A DNA stretch of 64,000 nucleotides from an uncultured Acidimicrobiales bacterium (GTDB taxonomy: Bacteria > Actinomycetota > Acidimicrobiia > Acidimicrobiales > UBA10347). The DNA lies in NCBI GenBank assembly GCA_943788915.1, contig CALSSD010000003.1, forward strand, positions 384,663-448,662, in the 5' to 3' direction. The notes under the pieces are model-generated. The model had not been told where the DNA came from. It saw nothing but the letters and a program-made list of their open reading frames with translations, and did not search any database. Below, piece by piece: positions 9,622-20,322 of the stretch. The translations under genes and the position numbers were made by a program. Each line of letters starts with the position of its first letter. Position 1 is the first letter of the stretch.

Positions 9622-10365
9622 CTAGAGACCTGCCCAAAACGTTTCGAGCGTGGCCGCGCCGAGCGATGCGTCTTCGCACATCCACCAATGGCCAACACCT
9701 GCCAGGTGGACCACCTGTGCCCCTGCTCGATCGGCGGTCTCCTGCGCCATCTGGTCGGTGCCTACGTAGTGGTCGTTCTCGGCATTGATCATGAGTCCCG
9801 GTCGCGCCCTGAGTGTTTCGGCGTTCTGTCCGAGCTCGGCTAGCGCTGGCTGTGCTGCATCTCTGTAGAGCCCAAGCACACACGCACCCATCGTCTCGTT
9901 GACGTGCTCGGCAACCGAACGTGCGACCTCTCCAGACATACCGAGCGCTTCGTACATCGCTGCCATATCAGCGGCGGGAGCGGCGACCATCCCCGCGATG
10001 TTTTCTTCACCATCGCCCGGTGTCTGCCACACCTGGGCGGCATCGTGCCACACATAATCGGGATGCAAGATGCCGATGAGGTCGACACACCATGAACGGA
10101 CCGATTCGGGGTTCTCCAACAGATACCCAAGCACATGTCCCCCACCCCAGTCGTGACCAACAAGGTCGATCGGTCCCTCGATCGCCGCGAGTTCTTGCGT
10201 GAGCCAGTCGAGGTACTCGATGCGGGTTGCTGTCCAACCTTCAGGAACCGGTGCGCCAAATCCTGGGGGCGTCAAGGCCACAAGATCATCACGCTCCAGT
10301 GCCTCGAACAGCTCACCCCAGATCGCTGAGGTCTCAGGGTTTCCATGAACGAATACGGCGGGCAT
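9622..10365 (-). CDS. Alpha/beta hydrolase (epoxide hydrolase/dehalogenase-like)
   Basis: VHGNPE, GHDWGG nucleophile elbow, C-terminal GHWW. Confidence 0.9.
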   Translation of the reverse strand: MPAVFVHGNPETSAIWGELFEALERDDLVALTPPGFGAPVPEGWTATRIEYLDWLTQELAAIEGPIDLVGHDWGGGHVLGYLLENPESVRSWCVDLIGILHPDYVWHDAAQVWQTPGDGEENIAGMVAAPAADMAAMYEALGMSGEVARSVAEHVNETMGACVLGLYRDAAQPALAELGQNAETLRARPGLMINAENDHYVGTDQMAQETADRAGAQVVHLAGVGHWWMCEDASLGAATLETFWAGL

Positions 10366-10399
10366 CTCGCCAGTACAGCACAACCGAGCGACCTGTTCT

Positions 10400-11170
10400 T
10401 CAGGCGAAGAATAAATTGCTCATGCGACGAATGGTGAGCCAGGCAAAGAGCACACCCATCACCAGCAGATACGCCACGTGCCCGACATCATGCCAGCCAA
10501 CGAGACCGGTGTGGAGATCTCGAATGAGTGCCACTCCGTTGTACAGCGGAGTGGCCTGCACGATTGGATGGGCCCAACCTGGATACACCGACAGTGGGAA
10601 AAACGTGGTCGAGCACATGAACATGGGCAGGATCGCGAGCTGCATCAGGTCGAAGTCGGCCCATGCTCGCACGAAGGTGGTGAAGTAGGTGCCAAGCGAT
10701 GAAAAGACGATGGCAATCAAGATCGCCGCCGGCAGTGACAACAGCGCCCACCATGATTCGATCGTGCCGAAACCCAGCGCGATGACCAAGAACATCGCGG
10801 AGTAAAGCCCGCCCCGTGCAACTGACCAGGCAACCTCGCCCACGAGCACATCTCGCATGCGCAATGAGGTGTAGAGCATGGCGTCGAAACACCGGGCCTC
10901 CTTCATCTTGAAGAAGAAGTTGAACGTGGATTCGAAGATCGCTCCGTTCATCGCCGACGACGCCATCAAACCAGCGGCAACGAACACGGGATAGGACACG
11001 AGCTGCCCTTCGAGCTCAACCTCGCCCACAAGTCCACCAAGACCTAAGCCCATACCCAGCAGATAGAAGATCGGTTCGGCGACACCGGACAGCAGCACCC
11101 ACCACTGGTGGCGGAATGAGACCGCATTTCGTTCAAAGACCGGGAGCGGCCGTAACCCGAGCGCTCTCAT
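10400..11170 (-). CDS. ABC-2 type permease (NodJ-like)
   Basis: EPIFYLLGMGLGLG, TFFP...ATPLYNGV; about six TM helices. Confidence 0.9.
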   Translation of the reverse strand: MRALGLRPLPVFERNAVSFRHQWWVLLSGVAEPIFYLLGMGLGLGGLVGEVELEGQLVSYPVFVAAGLMASSAMNGAIFESTFNFFFKMKEARCFDAMLYTSLRMRDVLVGEVAWSVARGGLYSAMFLVIALGFGTIESWWALLSLPAAILIAIVFSSLGTYFTTFVRAWADFDLMQLAILPMFMCSTTFFPLSVYPGWAHPIVQATPLYNGVALIRDLHTGLVGWHDVGHVAYLLVMGVLFAWLTIRRMSNLFFA

Positions 11171-11180
11171 GACAGCACCC

Positions 11181-12017
11181 TCATATGTCGAGGTGCTTCC
11201 GGAATTGACGTTGCACCAGAAAGAAGCCTGCTGCACAGAACGCGAACAGATAACCGATGTGGAACAGGTCAGCTTGCACAAGATCGCCAGTGGCCAGGTG
11301 TCGGGCCAACTCGACGCCGTGCCAGCTGGGAGTGATCTTTGCGAACGCACCAACAGCCGATGGCATGTCTTCGACCGGGAAGAAAGCACCAGAGAACAGA
11401 AACAGCGGGAAGATGATGACCCGGCTGATCATCGGGAAGATGTTCTCTTGTTCCAGCCCAACGGTCAGAGCAACCAATGGCGCAGCGTGAGCCCACGCAA
11501 CCAGCACCGCCACTATCGCTGTGAAGACGCCGAGCCAGCTTCCGATCGCTCCGGCCAGGGCCAATACCAACAAGAACGATGAGCCAGCTACGAACGCACG
11601 GAAACCAAGCCACATGACGTGAGCGACACCAAGTTCAGCGCTCGTAATGGGCGTGGCCAGAATGGCTTTGTATACGCCGCCCCAACGCAGCAGGCCCATG
11701 GTCGGCCACAAACTCTCGGTGGCCGCAATCTGCATGGCGGTCACGACGAGCACCCCAGGACCGATGTAGTCCATGTACGAGTCGACGCCGAGTGACACCA
11801 ATTCGGCATCGTCGATCTGTGATCCCAATCCTGCACCGATGGCAAACAGAAACAACGTGGGTGATGCCAAACCCGCTGCCAGGCTTGAGCCCCAAGCTCG
11901 GCGGGTGCGGCGGAGCTGGTGCAGGAACACCGCCGACATCGCCGCCCAACGACTCGCCCGAAAGAGCGGCTGCCGGCGACCAATCGACGTCGACTCATGT
12001 GGCCGAGTCGCCGTCAT
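11181..12017 (-). CDS. ABC-2 type permease (NodJ-like)
   Basis: YMDYIGPG, PLFLFSGAFFP, PSWHGVELAR. Confidence 0.9.
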   Translation of the reverse strand: MTATRPHESTSIGRRQPLFRASRWAAMSAVFLHQLRRTRRAWGSSLAAGLASPTLFLFAIGAGLGSQIDDAELVSLGVDSYMDYIGPGVLVVTAMQIAATESLWPTMGLLRWGGVYKAILATPITSAELGVAHVMWLGFRAFVAGSSFLLVLALAGAIGSWLGVFTAIVAVLVAWAHAAPLVALTVGLEQENIFPMISRVIIFPLFLFSGAFFPVEDMPSAVGAFAKITPSWHGVELARHLATGDLVQADLFHIGYLFAFCAAGFFLVQRQFRKHLDI

Positions 12018-12952
12018 TCGACGAGGCTGCGGCCGGTGAGTGTGAGGAACACGTCTTCGAGCGACGAGCGCCGCACATAGGTACCAAGCGGGCGCACGCC
12101 GGACTCATGCAAGTGAGCAATAAGCGCATCACCATCGTCGGCGTAGACAAGGTGGCGATCTGGCAGCTCGTCGACCCGCAATCCCGCAGCTGCAACTACC
12201 GGCGCGAGCGCGGTCGCATCATGTTCACTGTCGTCGAATCTGAGTTCAACGACCTCGCGGGTGGTGTGGTGCGTAATCAATTCCGCTGGTGAACCCTCGG
12301 CCACAATCTTGCCATGGTCCATGATGACCAACCGGTCTGCGAGCTGTTCGGCCTCGTCCATGTAGTGGGTGGTGAGCAACAGCGTGACACCCTGCTCCTT
12401 GAGCCGATACAGGCGCTCCCACAACAGATGCCGGGCTTGTGGATCGAGACCAGTTGTTGGTTCGTCCAGCAGGATCATCTCGGGGTCATTCACCAGCGCA
12501 CGGGCGATCGTAAGTCGGCGTTTCATGCCACCGGAGAGCGGCTCGACCTTGCTGTCTCCCCGGTCACCGAGCTGCATGAACTCAAGCAGCTGATCGGCCT
12601 TTGCCCGAGTCTGTTTCCACGGAACACCGAAGTACCGCTGATAGATCATGAGGTTCTCACGGGCCGTGAGGTCAACATCGAGGATGTCTTCTTGGGGCAC
12701 CACTCCAAGCCGACTGCGAATTTCACGGCCGTCGCTGGCAGGGTCCAGACCAAATACTCGCAGGTCGCCACCAGTGCGTGGGCTGACGGTGCTGACTATT
12801 TTCATGGTCGAACTCTTGCCTGCGCCATTGGGACCCAGGACCCCAAACGTCTGGCCAGGTTCGACGACGAAATCGATGCCATCGACTGCGGTGAAGTCAC
12901 CAAATTGTTTCGTAAGGCCTTTGGCCACCAACGGATGATCCACGATGCCCAA
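12014..12952 (-). CDS. ABC transporter ATP-binding protein (NodI/DrrA-like)
   Basis: GPNGAGKS, LSGGMKRR, LLDEPTTGLD, TTHYMDEA. Confidence 0.96.
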   Translation of the reverse strand: MGIVDHPLVAKGLTKQFGDFTAVDGIDFVVEPGQTFGVLGPNGAGKSSTMKIVSTVSPRTGGDLRVFGLDPASDGREIRSRLGVVPQEDILDVDLTARENLMIYQRYFGVPWKQTRAKADQLLEFMQLGDRGDSKVEPLSGGMKRRLTIARALVNDPEMILLDEPTTGLDPQARHLLWERLYRLKEQGVTLLLTTHYMDEAEQLADRLVIMDHGKIVAEGSPAELITHHTTREVVELRFDDSEHDATALAPVVAAAGLRVDELPDRHLVYADDGDALIAHLHESGVRPLGTYVRRSSLEDVFLTLTGRSLVE

Positions 12953-13059
12953 CGCTAGTCGCCCTGCGGCTTCGCACTGACCGCTTTCTCAGCTATTCGC
13001 CCAGACGTGTCCACTCGACCCACACGGGTGCGCGGCATGAATGACAGTAGGGTCATGCG

Positions 13060-13833
13060 GTGACAGATGAGCAAGCACCCATCCTCGACTTCGATCCCAG
13101 CACCACCGCAATCATTGAGCCGCACGCACTTCACTCCAGAATCGAAGAACTTCCCCATCGGTGTGTGATCACTTGGATGGGCGACGCATTCGCGAAGTTT
13201 GAAACCAATCAGGAAGTGCGTGAACGTCACCGGTTCACGCTCGAAACCATCGTCAACCCGATCTACGAATTCGATGTCGGAGGCGAGAAGATCCTGGTGA
13301 CCATGGCCAACGTTGGCGCACCCGCCGCAGCAGCGTTATTCGAAACACTTATTGCGATCGGCTGTACCGACTTCATCGGGGTCGGATCGTCTGGTGGGCT
13401 GACAGCCGACCTCCCTCCTGGCACCGTCGTTGTGCCCGATGCAGCTATCCGCGACGAAGGTGTCTCGTATCACTACGCCCAGGCTGCGCTGCTGGCACAC
13501 CCCGACCCGGAGATGCAGAGGGTCGTCCACGACGAGTACAAAGCCGCCGGCAACACTGTCGCTCGAGGCATCGCGTGGACGACCGATGCGTTCTACCGAG
13601 AGACCGCGGCCAAGGTCGCCCAGCGCATCGCACAAGGCGCCATCGCTGTCGACATGGAAATGGCCTCGCTCGCGACCATCGCCGCCTTCCGCAACGTGCG
13701 GCTCGGACATGCGCTCTATCTGGCCGACACGTTGCACAATGACGAGTGGGACCCCACCGAACTCGTCGACCGTGACACCGACTTCCGGTACCAACTGCTG
13801 CTGACAGCAACCCGCGCCTGCGCAAGTCTCTGA
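13060..13833 (+). CDS. Nucleoside phosphorylase (PNP/UDP family)
   Basis: GAPAAA, AIRDEGVSYHY, WTTDAFYRET, VDME. Confidence 0.92.
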   Translation: MTDEQAPILDFDPSTTAIIEPHALHSRIEELPHRCVITWMGDAFAKFETNQEVRERHRFTLETIVNPIYEFDVGGEKILVTMANVGAPAAAALFETLIAIGCTDFIGVGSSGGLTADLPPGTVVVPDAAIRDEGVSYHYAQAALLAHPDPEMQRVVHDEYKAAGNTVARGIAWTTDAFYRETAAKVAQRIAQGAIAVDMEMASLATIAAFRNVRLGHALYLADTLHNDEWDPTELVDRDTDFRYQLLLTATRACASL

Positions 13834-13844
13834 CGCCAGCTTCG

Positions 13845-15119
13845 ATGTCTTTCCCGCGCATGTCCTCGCCGCGTTCGGCGCGTCAGTCGCAGGGTTTTTA
13901 CGGCTGGTACATGCTCTTCTTCTGCACCATCGTGCGGGGTTTCACAGCGCCGGGGCAGACCATTGGAGTGTCAGCATTCACCGATGACCTGATCGAGTCA
14001 CTCGGCACATCCCGATCGGCGGTTTCGACCGCCTACCTCGTGGGCACATTGACCGGCGCCATGGCGCTGCCGTTCATCGGACGATGGGTCGACCGCGCCG
14101 GTGTTAAACGCACGCTCACGATCATCTCGACCGGTTTCGCAATTGCGATTGCACTGACCGGCACGGTGCAAAACATCGTCATGTTGGCAATCGCCTTTGT
14201 TGGTCTTCGCATGCTTGGCCAGGGCTCCCTAAGCCTGATTGGTTCACAAGGCGTCGTCATGTGGTTCGAGCGGCGACGGGGGTTTGCCTTGGCCCTGAAC
14301 ACAATGGGCACTGTCGCTCTCCTGTCGCTCGCTCCACTCACCTTCGGCGCACTGATTGGCGCCTTTGGCTGGCGAATGACGTGGCTGATCCTGGCTGTCA
14401 TCGTCGCCATTTCCCTTATTCCGATTGCCCAGTTTGGGATCGTCGACCGACCCGAAGACATCGGCCAGGTTCCCGATGGCAAAGCCATCGATCAGCCGGT
14501 GCACCTGCTGCGGGGCCGGTCCTACACCGTGGCCGAAGCGGTTCGCACTCCCGCGTTCTGGACGCTCACTGCGGTCGGATTTATGGCTGGCGCCGTCAGC
14601 ACCGCACTGACGTTTCACAACACTGACATACTCGGTGAACAAGGTTTAACCAAGACCCAAGCGGCGGCAATCTTCATCCCCCAACTCATTGGAAGTGTGT
14701 CCAGCAGCTTTGTTGTTGGTTCATTGACCGATCGCCTACCGGCGCGGCCACTGATGTTCTTCGGCGGCGTCATGCTCGGCCTTGGCACCTTCCTGGCCAC
14801 CGTGGCAGAACCCGGCATCATGGCAGCGACCTACGGCCTGGTCCTTGGACTTGGCGGAGGTTCGATTGGCGCATTGTCGGGGGCTTTGTATCCCAAGTGG
14901 TTTGGGATCGACCACATTGGATCGATCAAGGGCATCGCCACCACAGCGAACGTGGCCGCATCGGCCGTCGGCCCATTGATCCTTTCGATCGGCAACGACG
15001 TTGCCGACTCCTACGAGCCGATCGTGGTGGCGTGTGCACTGGCGTCAGCCGCCGTCGCCGTCGTAGCGCTCGTGGTACCCACACCGGCGCGCACCCAGCC
15101 GCAGGCCAGCATCGAATGA
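13845..15119 (+). CDS. MFS transporter
   Basis: About 12 TM helices; GRWVDRAG motif A; WFERRRG. Confidence 0.92.
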   Translation: MSFPRMSSPRSARQSQGFYGWYMLFFCTIVRGFTAPGQTIGVSAFTDDLIESLGTSRSAVSTAYLVGTLTGAMALPFIGRWVDRAGVKRTLTIISTGFAIAIALTGTVQNIVMLAIAFVGLRMLGQGSLSLIGSQGVVMWFERRRGFALALNTMGTVALLSLAPLTFGALIGAFGWRMTWLILAVIVAISLIPIAQFGIVDRPEDIGQVPDGKAIDQPVHLLRGRSYTVAEAVRTPAFWTLTAVGFMAGAVSTALTFHNTDILGEQGLTKTQAAAIFIPQLIGSVSSSFVVGSLTDRLPARPLMFFGGVMLGLGTFLATVAEPGIMAATYGLVLGLGGGSIGALSGALYPKWFGIDHIGSIKGIATTANVAASAVGPLILSIGNDVADSYEPIVVACALASAAVAVVALVVPTPARTQPQASIE

Positions 15120-15207
15120 TGTACCCAGCGGAACATCCTGCGCTGCAGCTGCAACCGGTGATCCCGAACCAGTAGCTTGGATCCGTGCGCGGGCAAAGCC
15201 ATAACCC

Positions 15208-16947
15208 ATGACCGGTTTGCCAGAGATTGATGGCGTCACCGATCTGGTTGAGATCGGACGTGGTGGATTTGGCGTGGTCTACCTGGGTACCGAGACCAGC
15301 TTTGACCGCCAAGTCGCAGTCAAGGTGCTCTTGCCGTCGCTCGATGAGCGTTCCAAGCGACGGTTCGAACGAGAACGCCGTGCGATGGGTTCGGTGTCTG
15401 GACATCCGAATATCGTCACCGTCTATCGGGGTGGGCTGACACAAGCCGCACAGCCCTATCTCGTCATGGAGTACCTGCCCGGGGGTTCGTTAACCGACCA
15501 ATTGCACCTCAGCGGGCCACTCGATTGGAGCGACGCCGCAGCGATTGGGGCGAAACTCTCCGACGCTCTCACCGTTGCCCATCGGGCGGGCATCCTGCAC
15601 CGCGATGTGAAACCAGCCAACGTGTTTCTCACCGCTTCTGGTGAACCCAAACTTGGCGACTTCGGCATTGCTCGGCTCGACGACGGTCATGACAGCCGCA
15701 CCGGTTCTATCACCGCCAGCATCGCCCATGCCCCTCCTGAAATCGTCAACGGCCATCGGGGCGACGAACGTTCAGACCTGTATTCGTTGGCATCAACGGT
15801 CTATGCGCTGACGACCGGATTTGCACCGTTCTCACGCGACCCTGATCAAGGGCTCGCTTCGCTCATTGTTCGTAGTACGAATGATCAGCCGCCTGCCCTT
15901 AATCCGGAAACAGCACCGGCCGACTTTGAACAGTGTTTGCTCAAGGCGCTCAACAAGCGTCCCCACGACCGACACGCCACCGTGGCCGAGTTCGGCAACG
16001 AACTGCAGCATTGCCCTCAAGAAACCGGTCCCCGCCACGGCGCACCCCCTTCGCCGATCCCAACCTCAGTCGGACAACAGGACGAAAGCGCTCTCGCACC
16101 AAGCCGGTCGACGAACGTGCGGCAGATAGGTTTCCTTGCGTTTCTTGCGTTGGCGATCGCTGCCTTTGGAGGCTGGGCTGTTGCCCGAGCCGTGTTAAAC
16201 ACCGACGACGACCTATCGGCGCAGACTCCTTCGCCCGTGGTTGCCGCGGTCGTCCAACCAACTCCGGCAGCAGAATCCACCACTCCGCCTCCATTCCCAG
16301 TGGCCTCAACACCAGCAGCGGCGGCGTCAGCAACGGTCGTACCGACGGCAACACCTGCACCTCAGGCCACGGCCACCTCGGGCGGCGACTCACGAAGTTC
16401 GGATCTCGGTTCTGCCATCACCGGATTTACCCGAGTCCAAGACTTCAGTGGTGCAATCTCCGTCGACGTGCCCCAACAGTGGGGTTTCACGGTGCAAGAC
16501 GGCTCGACCGTGCCACTCGATTCCGAAGGACTCGATACCATTCGTGTCCTTTCCGCCGGCGGCACCCTAGAAGAACTCAGCGCGGATAGCGCCGACAGGG
16601 ATCTAACCCGTTCAGGCATCTACATCTTTGCAGCCCGCCTTGGCGAAGGATTCGACTCGGGCGGTCTCCTCGACGTCGCGTTGGACTTCTGGTCAACCTG
16701 CACCAGGGGCGACCGCTCGCAAATTCTGCTCCCCGATGGCAATGCTGACTTCCAGATTCTCGACTGCGAGCGACCAGATGGCGAGAGCACTGGTGTTGTT
16801 GTGCTTGCGCTCGTCCCCCGCGACGATCCCGAGGTCGCCGTTTCGGTGTTCCTGCAATTCGCTGAAATCCAAGATCTCAGTTCGCTGCCCAAGATCCTCG
16901 GGACACTCGACATCAACGCATCACAAATACCTGCATCCGCCAACTAG
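15208..16947 (+). CDS. Membrane-anchored Ser/Thr protein kinase (Hanks type) with extracellular domain
   Basis: GRGGFG, VAVK, HRDVKPAN, DFG, PPE; TM helix; Pro/Ala/Thr linker; C-terminal domain with a Cys pair. Confidence 0.95.
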   Translation: MTGLPEIDGVTDLVEIGRGGFGVVYLGTETSFDRQVAVKVLLPSLDERSKRRFERERRAMGSVSGHPNIVTVYRGGLTQAAQPYLVMEYLPGGSLTDQLHLSGPLDWSDAAAIGAKLSDALTVAHRAGILHRDVKPANVFLTASGEPKLGDFGIARLDDGHDSRTGSITASIAHAPPEIVNGHRGDERSDLYSLASTVYALTTGFAPFSRDPDQGLASLIVRSTNDQPPALNPETAPADFEQCLLKALNKRPHDRHATVAEFGNELQHCPQETGPRHGAPPSPIPTSVGQQDESALAPSRSTNVRQIGFLAFLALAIAAFGGWAVARAVLNTDDDLSAQTPSPVVAAVVQPTPAAESTTPPPFPVASTPAAAASATVVPTATPAPQATATSGGDSRSSDLGSAITGFTRVQDFSGAISVDVPQQWGFTVQDGSTVPLDSEGLDTIRVLSAGGTLEELSADSADRDLTRSGIYIFAARLGEGFDSGGLLDVALDFWSTCTRGDRSQILLPDGNADFQILDCERPDGESTGVVVLALVPRDDPEVAVSVFLQFAEIQDLSSLPKILGTLDINASQIPASAN

Positions 16948-17065
16948 AGGCGAAACACGGGCAGCTGCGTGTCTCGTGTTCTACCCGAAAAACGAAGAAG
17001 GGACTTTGGTCCTTTGCTCTCAAGGTAACGATGGCGAACAGTGGACACCTATGTGAGGTGATGCC

Positions 17066-17512
17066 ATGACCACCAACGAACAACGGTCCCAAGCACTCTC
17101 GGCCGCCGGTGAGCGTCGAGTCGAGCTGAAGGAAGCTGTCTCCAAGGCTGAACGCGCGGCTGCGTCGCCGACGGCCATGCCGAGTTGGCGCGACTACGTG
17201 TTGCGCGAACTGGAAGGGCTGCGCATCGCTCTGGACCAACACGTCGAGGAGGTCGAAGGCACCGACGGCTTGTTTGCCGAGCTCACCGAGTTGTCACCAC
17301 GACTCATTCACAAAATCCACGCGGTCAGAGACGAGCACCCTGAGTTGTGCCAAGGCGTAGGCGACGCCATTGAGCTGGCCAACAGCGATGCTCCAGCAGC
17401 AGCGGTTCGCCAGGCGGTCCTAGACGTGCTCTTCTTGATCGTGCGCCACCGTCAGCACGGCGCAGATTTGGTGTTCGACGGCTACAACGTAGATATCGGT
17501 GGGGGCGGCTAG
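17066..17512 (+). CDS. Hemerythrin-like four-helix protein
   Basis: HVEEVE...EHPEL...RHRQHG pattern; ends YNVDIGG. Confidence 0.65.
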   Translation: MTTNEQRSQALSAAGERRVELKEAVSKAERAAASPTAMPSWRDYVLRELEGLRIALDQHVEEVEGTDGLFAELTELSPRLIHKIHAVRDEHPELCQGVGDAIELANSDAPAAAVRQAVLDVLFLIVRHRQHGADLVFDGYNVDIGGGG

Positions 17513-17689
17513 GCCGACCCTGGAGCGGAGCCGTCAGCGCGAACCTACGTACCGGGCAGCGTCGTGGGGTGGGGCGCCCACCTCTTTGAGCAAGCCGCCA
17601 ACAACAAGATCATGCGGCCCAAGGCTCGTTATGTGGGACCGCCGGTGGGCTGAATGCAAAGCTGGTTAGGTGCCACTGCTCATCGATGA

Positions 17690-18368
17690 GTGTTCGGCTC
17701 GGGAACATGCGAGAGTAAGCCCATGCAACCGGTCTGGGATCTCCCACTTTCCTCAGCGGGGATCGTGGTCAAGCTTTCGAATGGCGGCCGGGTTCGTATT
17801 CGACCGGCACGGGTCAGCGACAGCGATACCGTCAAGGCCGGCTTTGCCCGACTTTCCGAAGAATCTCGGTACAACCGGTTCTTCAGCGCCCGGTCAAAAC
17901 TGAGCGACAGTTTGGCTACATCACTCACTGATATCGATCATGAGACCCACTTCGCCTGGGGCGTATTCGACCCAGACCAGCCATCCGAGGTTGGTGATGA
18001 GTCAGGTCTCGGTGTTGCATCAGCCCGGTTGATTCGTGATACCGACAAGACATCTGCCGAAGCCGCTCTCACAGTGACCGATGCGTACCAAGGCCGGGGT
18101 ATTGGCCGATTTCTCATGGAGCTGCTGATCGCAACCGCCGCCGATCTTGGCGCCGAGACGCTTCGGTTCGAAATACTGCGCCAGAACCGCCCGATGATCT
18201 CGTTGGCAGCGGGAATGGGTGCCGAAGGTTTCCCCATCGAGGGCGATCGTTCGGTCGGTCGTTGAGTACCGCCTCGCGGTGCCGCCGCCCAGCGCGACTG
18301 CTGTGCCTGCGGGTGCGTTGTACGAACTGCTGCGCCATGCCCCACGCACCGACGGCACGGACACCTAA
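17690..18368 (+). CDS. GNAT N-acetyltransferase; +1 frameshift near 18255
   Basis: LSEESRYNRFF, AEAALTV.DAYQGRGIG, N.PM; the +1 frame continues VVEYRLAVP...ALYELLRH to TAA 18366-18368. Confidence 0.8.
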
Positions 18369-18424
18369 CGCCCGTCTGTGCTGGCCAGAAATTGACGTGT
18401 ACCTGGTACACGATGCATCACGGG

Positions 18425-18794
18425 TTACGACATGAGCCCAGCAGCGACGGCCGAGTCCAGGTATTCGTCGACGCGGATGATCTTTCCGTCGTTGTTGAAC
18501 TGCACGACCACACAAATGTCAACACGCACGACCCGTCCGTCGGGCTTCGTGAAGACCGCGTCATGTATCTCCGTAACGTTGTCTGGCCCAGATACCCGAC
18601 GGGCGTTCTCGTAGCGAAGGGTTTGTGCCGTCGGCAGTGAAGAGTGGCAACGTCTTCATCGCCTCGTCGATCGATTGTTGCGGACCAACGTTCCGCTTGA
18701 GTAGGGCGTCGTCGGCAAACATCGAACGAAACGTCGCCCAGTCCCCCGCTTCGGCAGCAGCGAAGATTTGGTCAAGAGCAGCATGATGCGACAT
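18425..18794 (-). CDS. SnoaL/NTF2-like protein; +1 frameshift near 18623
   Basis: IFAAAEAGD...FADDA; after removing one A: LRYENARR...EIHD...ICVVVQF...GKIIRVDEYLDS. Confidence 0.8.
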
Positions 18795-18878
18795 GAGCAG
18801 AGACTAGGAACCTTTGGTACGTCAGACTCAAGCCGGCCAAATGTGATGCCCTGGCAAGCCCGGGTGTACGTTCGGACG

Positions 18879-20072
18879 ATGAACGCCCAGCTCGACTCCA
18901 CCCGCGCCTGGCTCGTCGTTGCGGCCACCTTCTTGGCCTCGGCAGTCACGCTCGGCACCGTGTACAGCTTCGGCTCGTTCTTCGAGTCGATGGCCGCAGA
19001 CTTCGGCACCGGCAAGGGTGAGACCGCCATCGTCTTCGGGATCACCACGTTCTCGTTCTTCTGGCTCAGCCTGATCACCGGCCGACTGGTGGATCGATTC
19101 GGTCCCCGGCCGGTCATGTTGCTCGGTGCTGTGTCGTACTTCGCGGGACTCATGGTCACCAGCACCGTCGACTCCATCGGCATCGGTTATCTCACCTACG
19201 GCGCAGGTGCAGGACTGGCAGCAGCCTGCGCCTATATCCCAATGCTGGCGACCGTCGGCGGCTGGTTCGAACGGCAACGAGCAACCGCTATTGGCATTTC
19301 GGTCGCAGGCATCGGCGTGGGCACGCTGGTAATGAACCCGCTGGTGACCAGGCTTCTCGACTCCTACTCGTGGCGTACGACATTCCGCATTCTTGGCGTC
19401 GGCGGCGCGCTCCTTCTGATTCTGTGTGTTGCGCTCGTTGGCCGTGCACCCGGCGCAGCCGGTGCAGCTCCATCTCGATTTGGTGAAGCGGCTAGGTCAC
19501 CAATGTTTCGACGGCTGTGGTTTGCGGCCCTGTCTTCCGGCCTGGCGCTATTCGTGCCGTTCGTGTTCGTGGTGCCTTATGCGAAGGATGAAGGCATCGC
19601 CGCATCGTCAGCTGCATGGCTGGTCGCCGTGCTTGGTGGTGCCAGCGTGCTCTCACGCATTGGATTCGGCACCCTCACCGAACGTTTCGGAGCGTTCCGG
19701 TTGTTCAGATTCGGGGTGTTGCTGTTTCCGGTGAGTTACGTGATCTGGCTCGCCGCCGGGTCGTCCTACGCGTTGCTGATGCTGTTCGTCATCGTGCTCG
19801 GAGCCGGCTATGGCTGTTTCGTGGCCGTGAGCCCACTCGTGCTGGCCAACCGATACGGCATCGTCGGCCTGGGCTCGCTGATGGGGCTCTTCTATACCAG
19901 CCAGGGCCTCGGTGGCCTGATTGGGCCGCCTGTCGCTGGGCGAATCATCGACAGCACCGGTTCGTACCGCACCCCGATGGTGCTTGCCTTGATCGCAGGC
20001 GCCGTATCGACCGCCATCCTGTTCTCCATCGGTACTAATGCCGACGGCAACCTCGATCCGGAACCTAGCTGA
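18879..20072 (+). CDS. MFS transporter (monocarboxylate/OFA-like)
   Basis: GRLVDRFGPR, WFERQR; about 12 TM helices; leaderless start after TACGTT. Confidence 0.92.
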   Translation: MNAQLDSTRAWLVVAATFLASAVTLGTVYSFGSFFESMAADFGTGKGETAIVFGITTFSFFWLSLITGRLVDRFGPRPVMLLGAVSYFAGLMVTSTVDSIGIGYLTYGAGAGLAAACAYIPMLATVGGWFERQRATAIGISVAGIGVGTLVMNPLVTRLLDSYSWRTTFRILGVGGALLLILCVALVGRAPGAAGAAPSRFGEAARSPMFRRLWFAALSSGLALFVPFVFVVPYAKDEGIAASSAAWLVAVLGGASVLSRIGFGTLTERFGAFRLFRFGVLLFPVSYVIWLAAGSSYALLMLFVIVLGAGYGCFVAVSPLVLANRYGIVGLGSLMGLFYTSQGLGGLIGPPVAGRIIDSTGSYRTPMVLALIAGAVSTAILFSIGTNADGNLDPEPS

Positions 20073-20084
20073 CCTCGAGACCTG

Positions 20085-20192
20085 GGTGCCAGGGACTGTC
20101 ATGTTTAGGAGAGCGGCGGCACCCGCAACCCCCAAGATCACCGCATTCACAACCATCCTCCGCAACATGACGGTGCCAGGCACCGTCATGTT
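20085..20192. repeat. REP-like pair (AACATGAC subtype): partial copy 20085-20105, full palindrome 20164-20192
   Basis: AACATGACGGTGCC-A-GGCACCGTCATGTT, between convergent genes. Confidence 0.85.
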
Positions 20193-20322
20193 AAGGACCG
20201 TCGTATTCAGCGGTTGTGACCTCGGACCATGTCGTCGGCCGGGCCACCAGCCAGGCGGAACCGTCGGTCTCCGGGGCTTTGGCTTGTCGCTGCCGGGTTA
20301 AACCGCCAGGCTCCTGATGCCG

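Noticed and set aside
10400..12952. NodIJ-like exporter as a sign of nodulation or a biosynthetic cluster
   Set aside because: Common actinobacterial ABC-2 system with no adjacent biosynthetic genes
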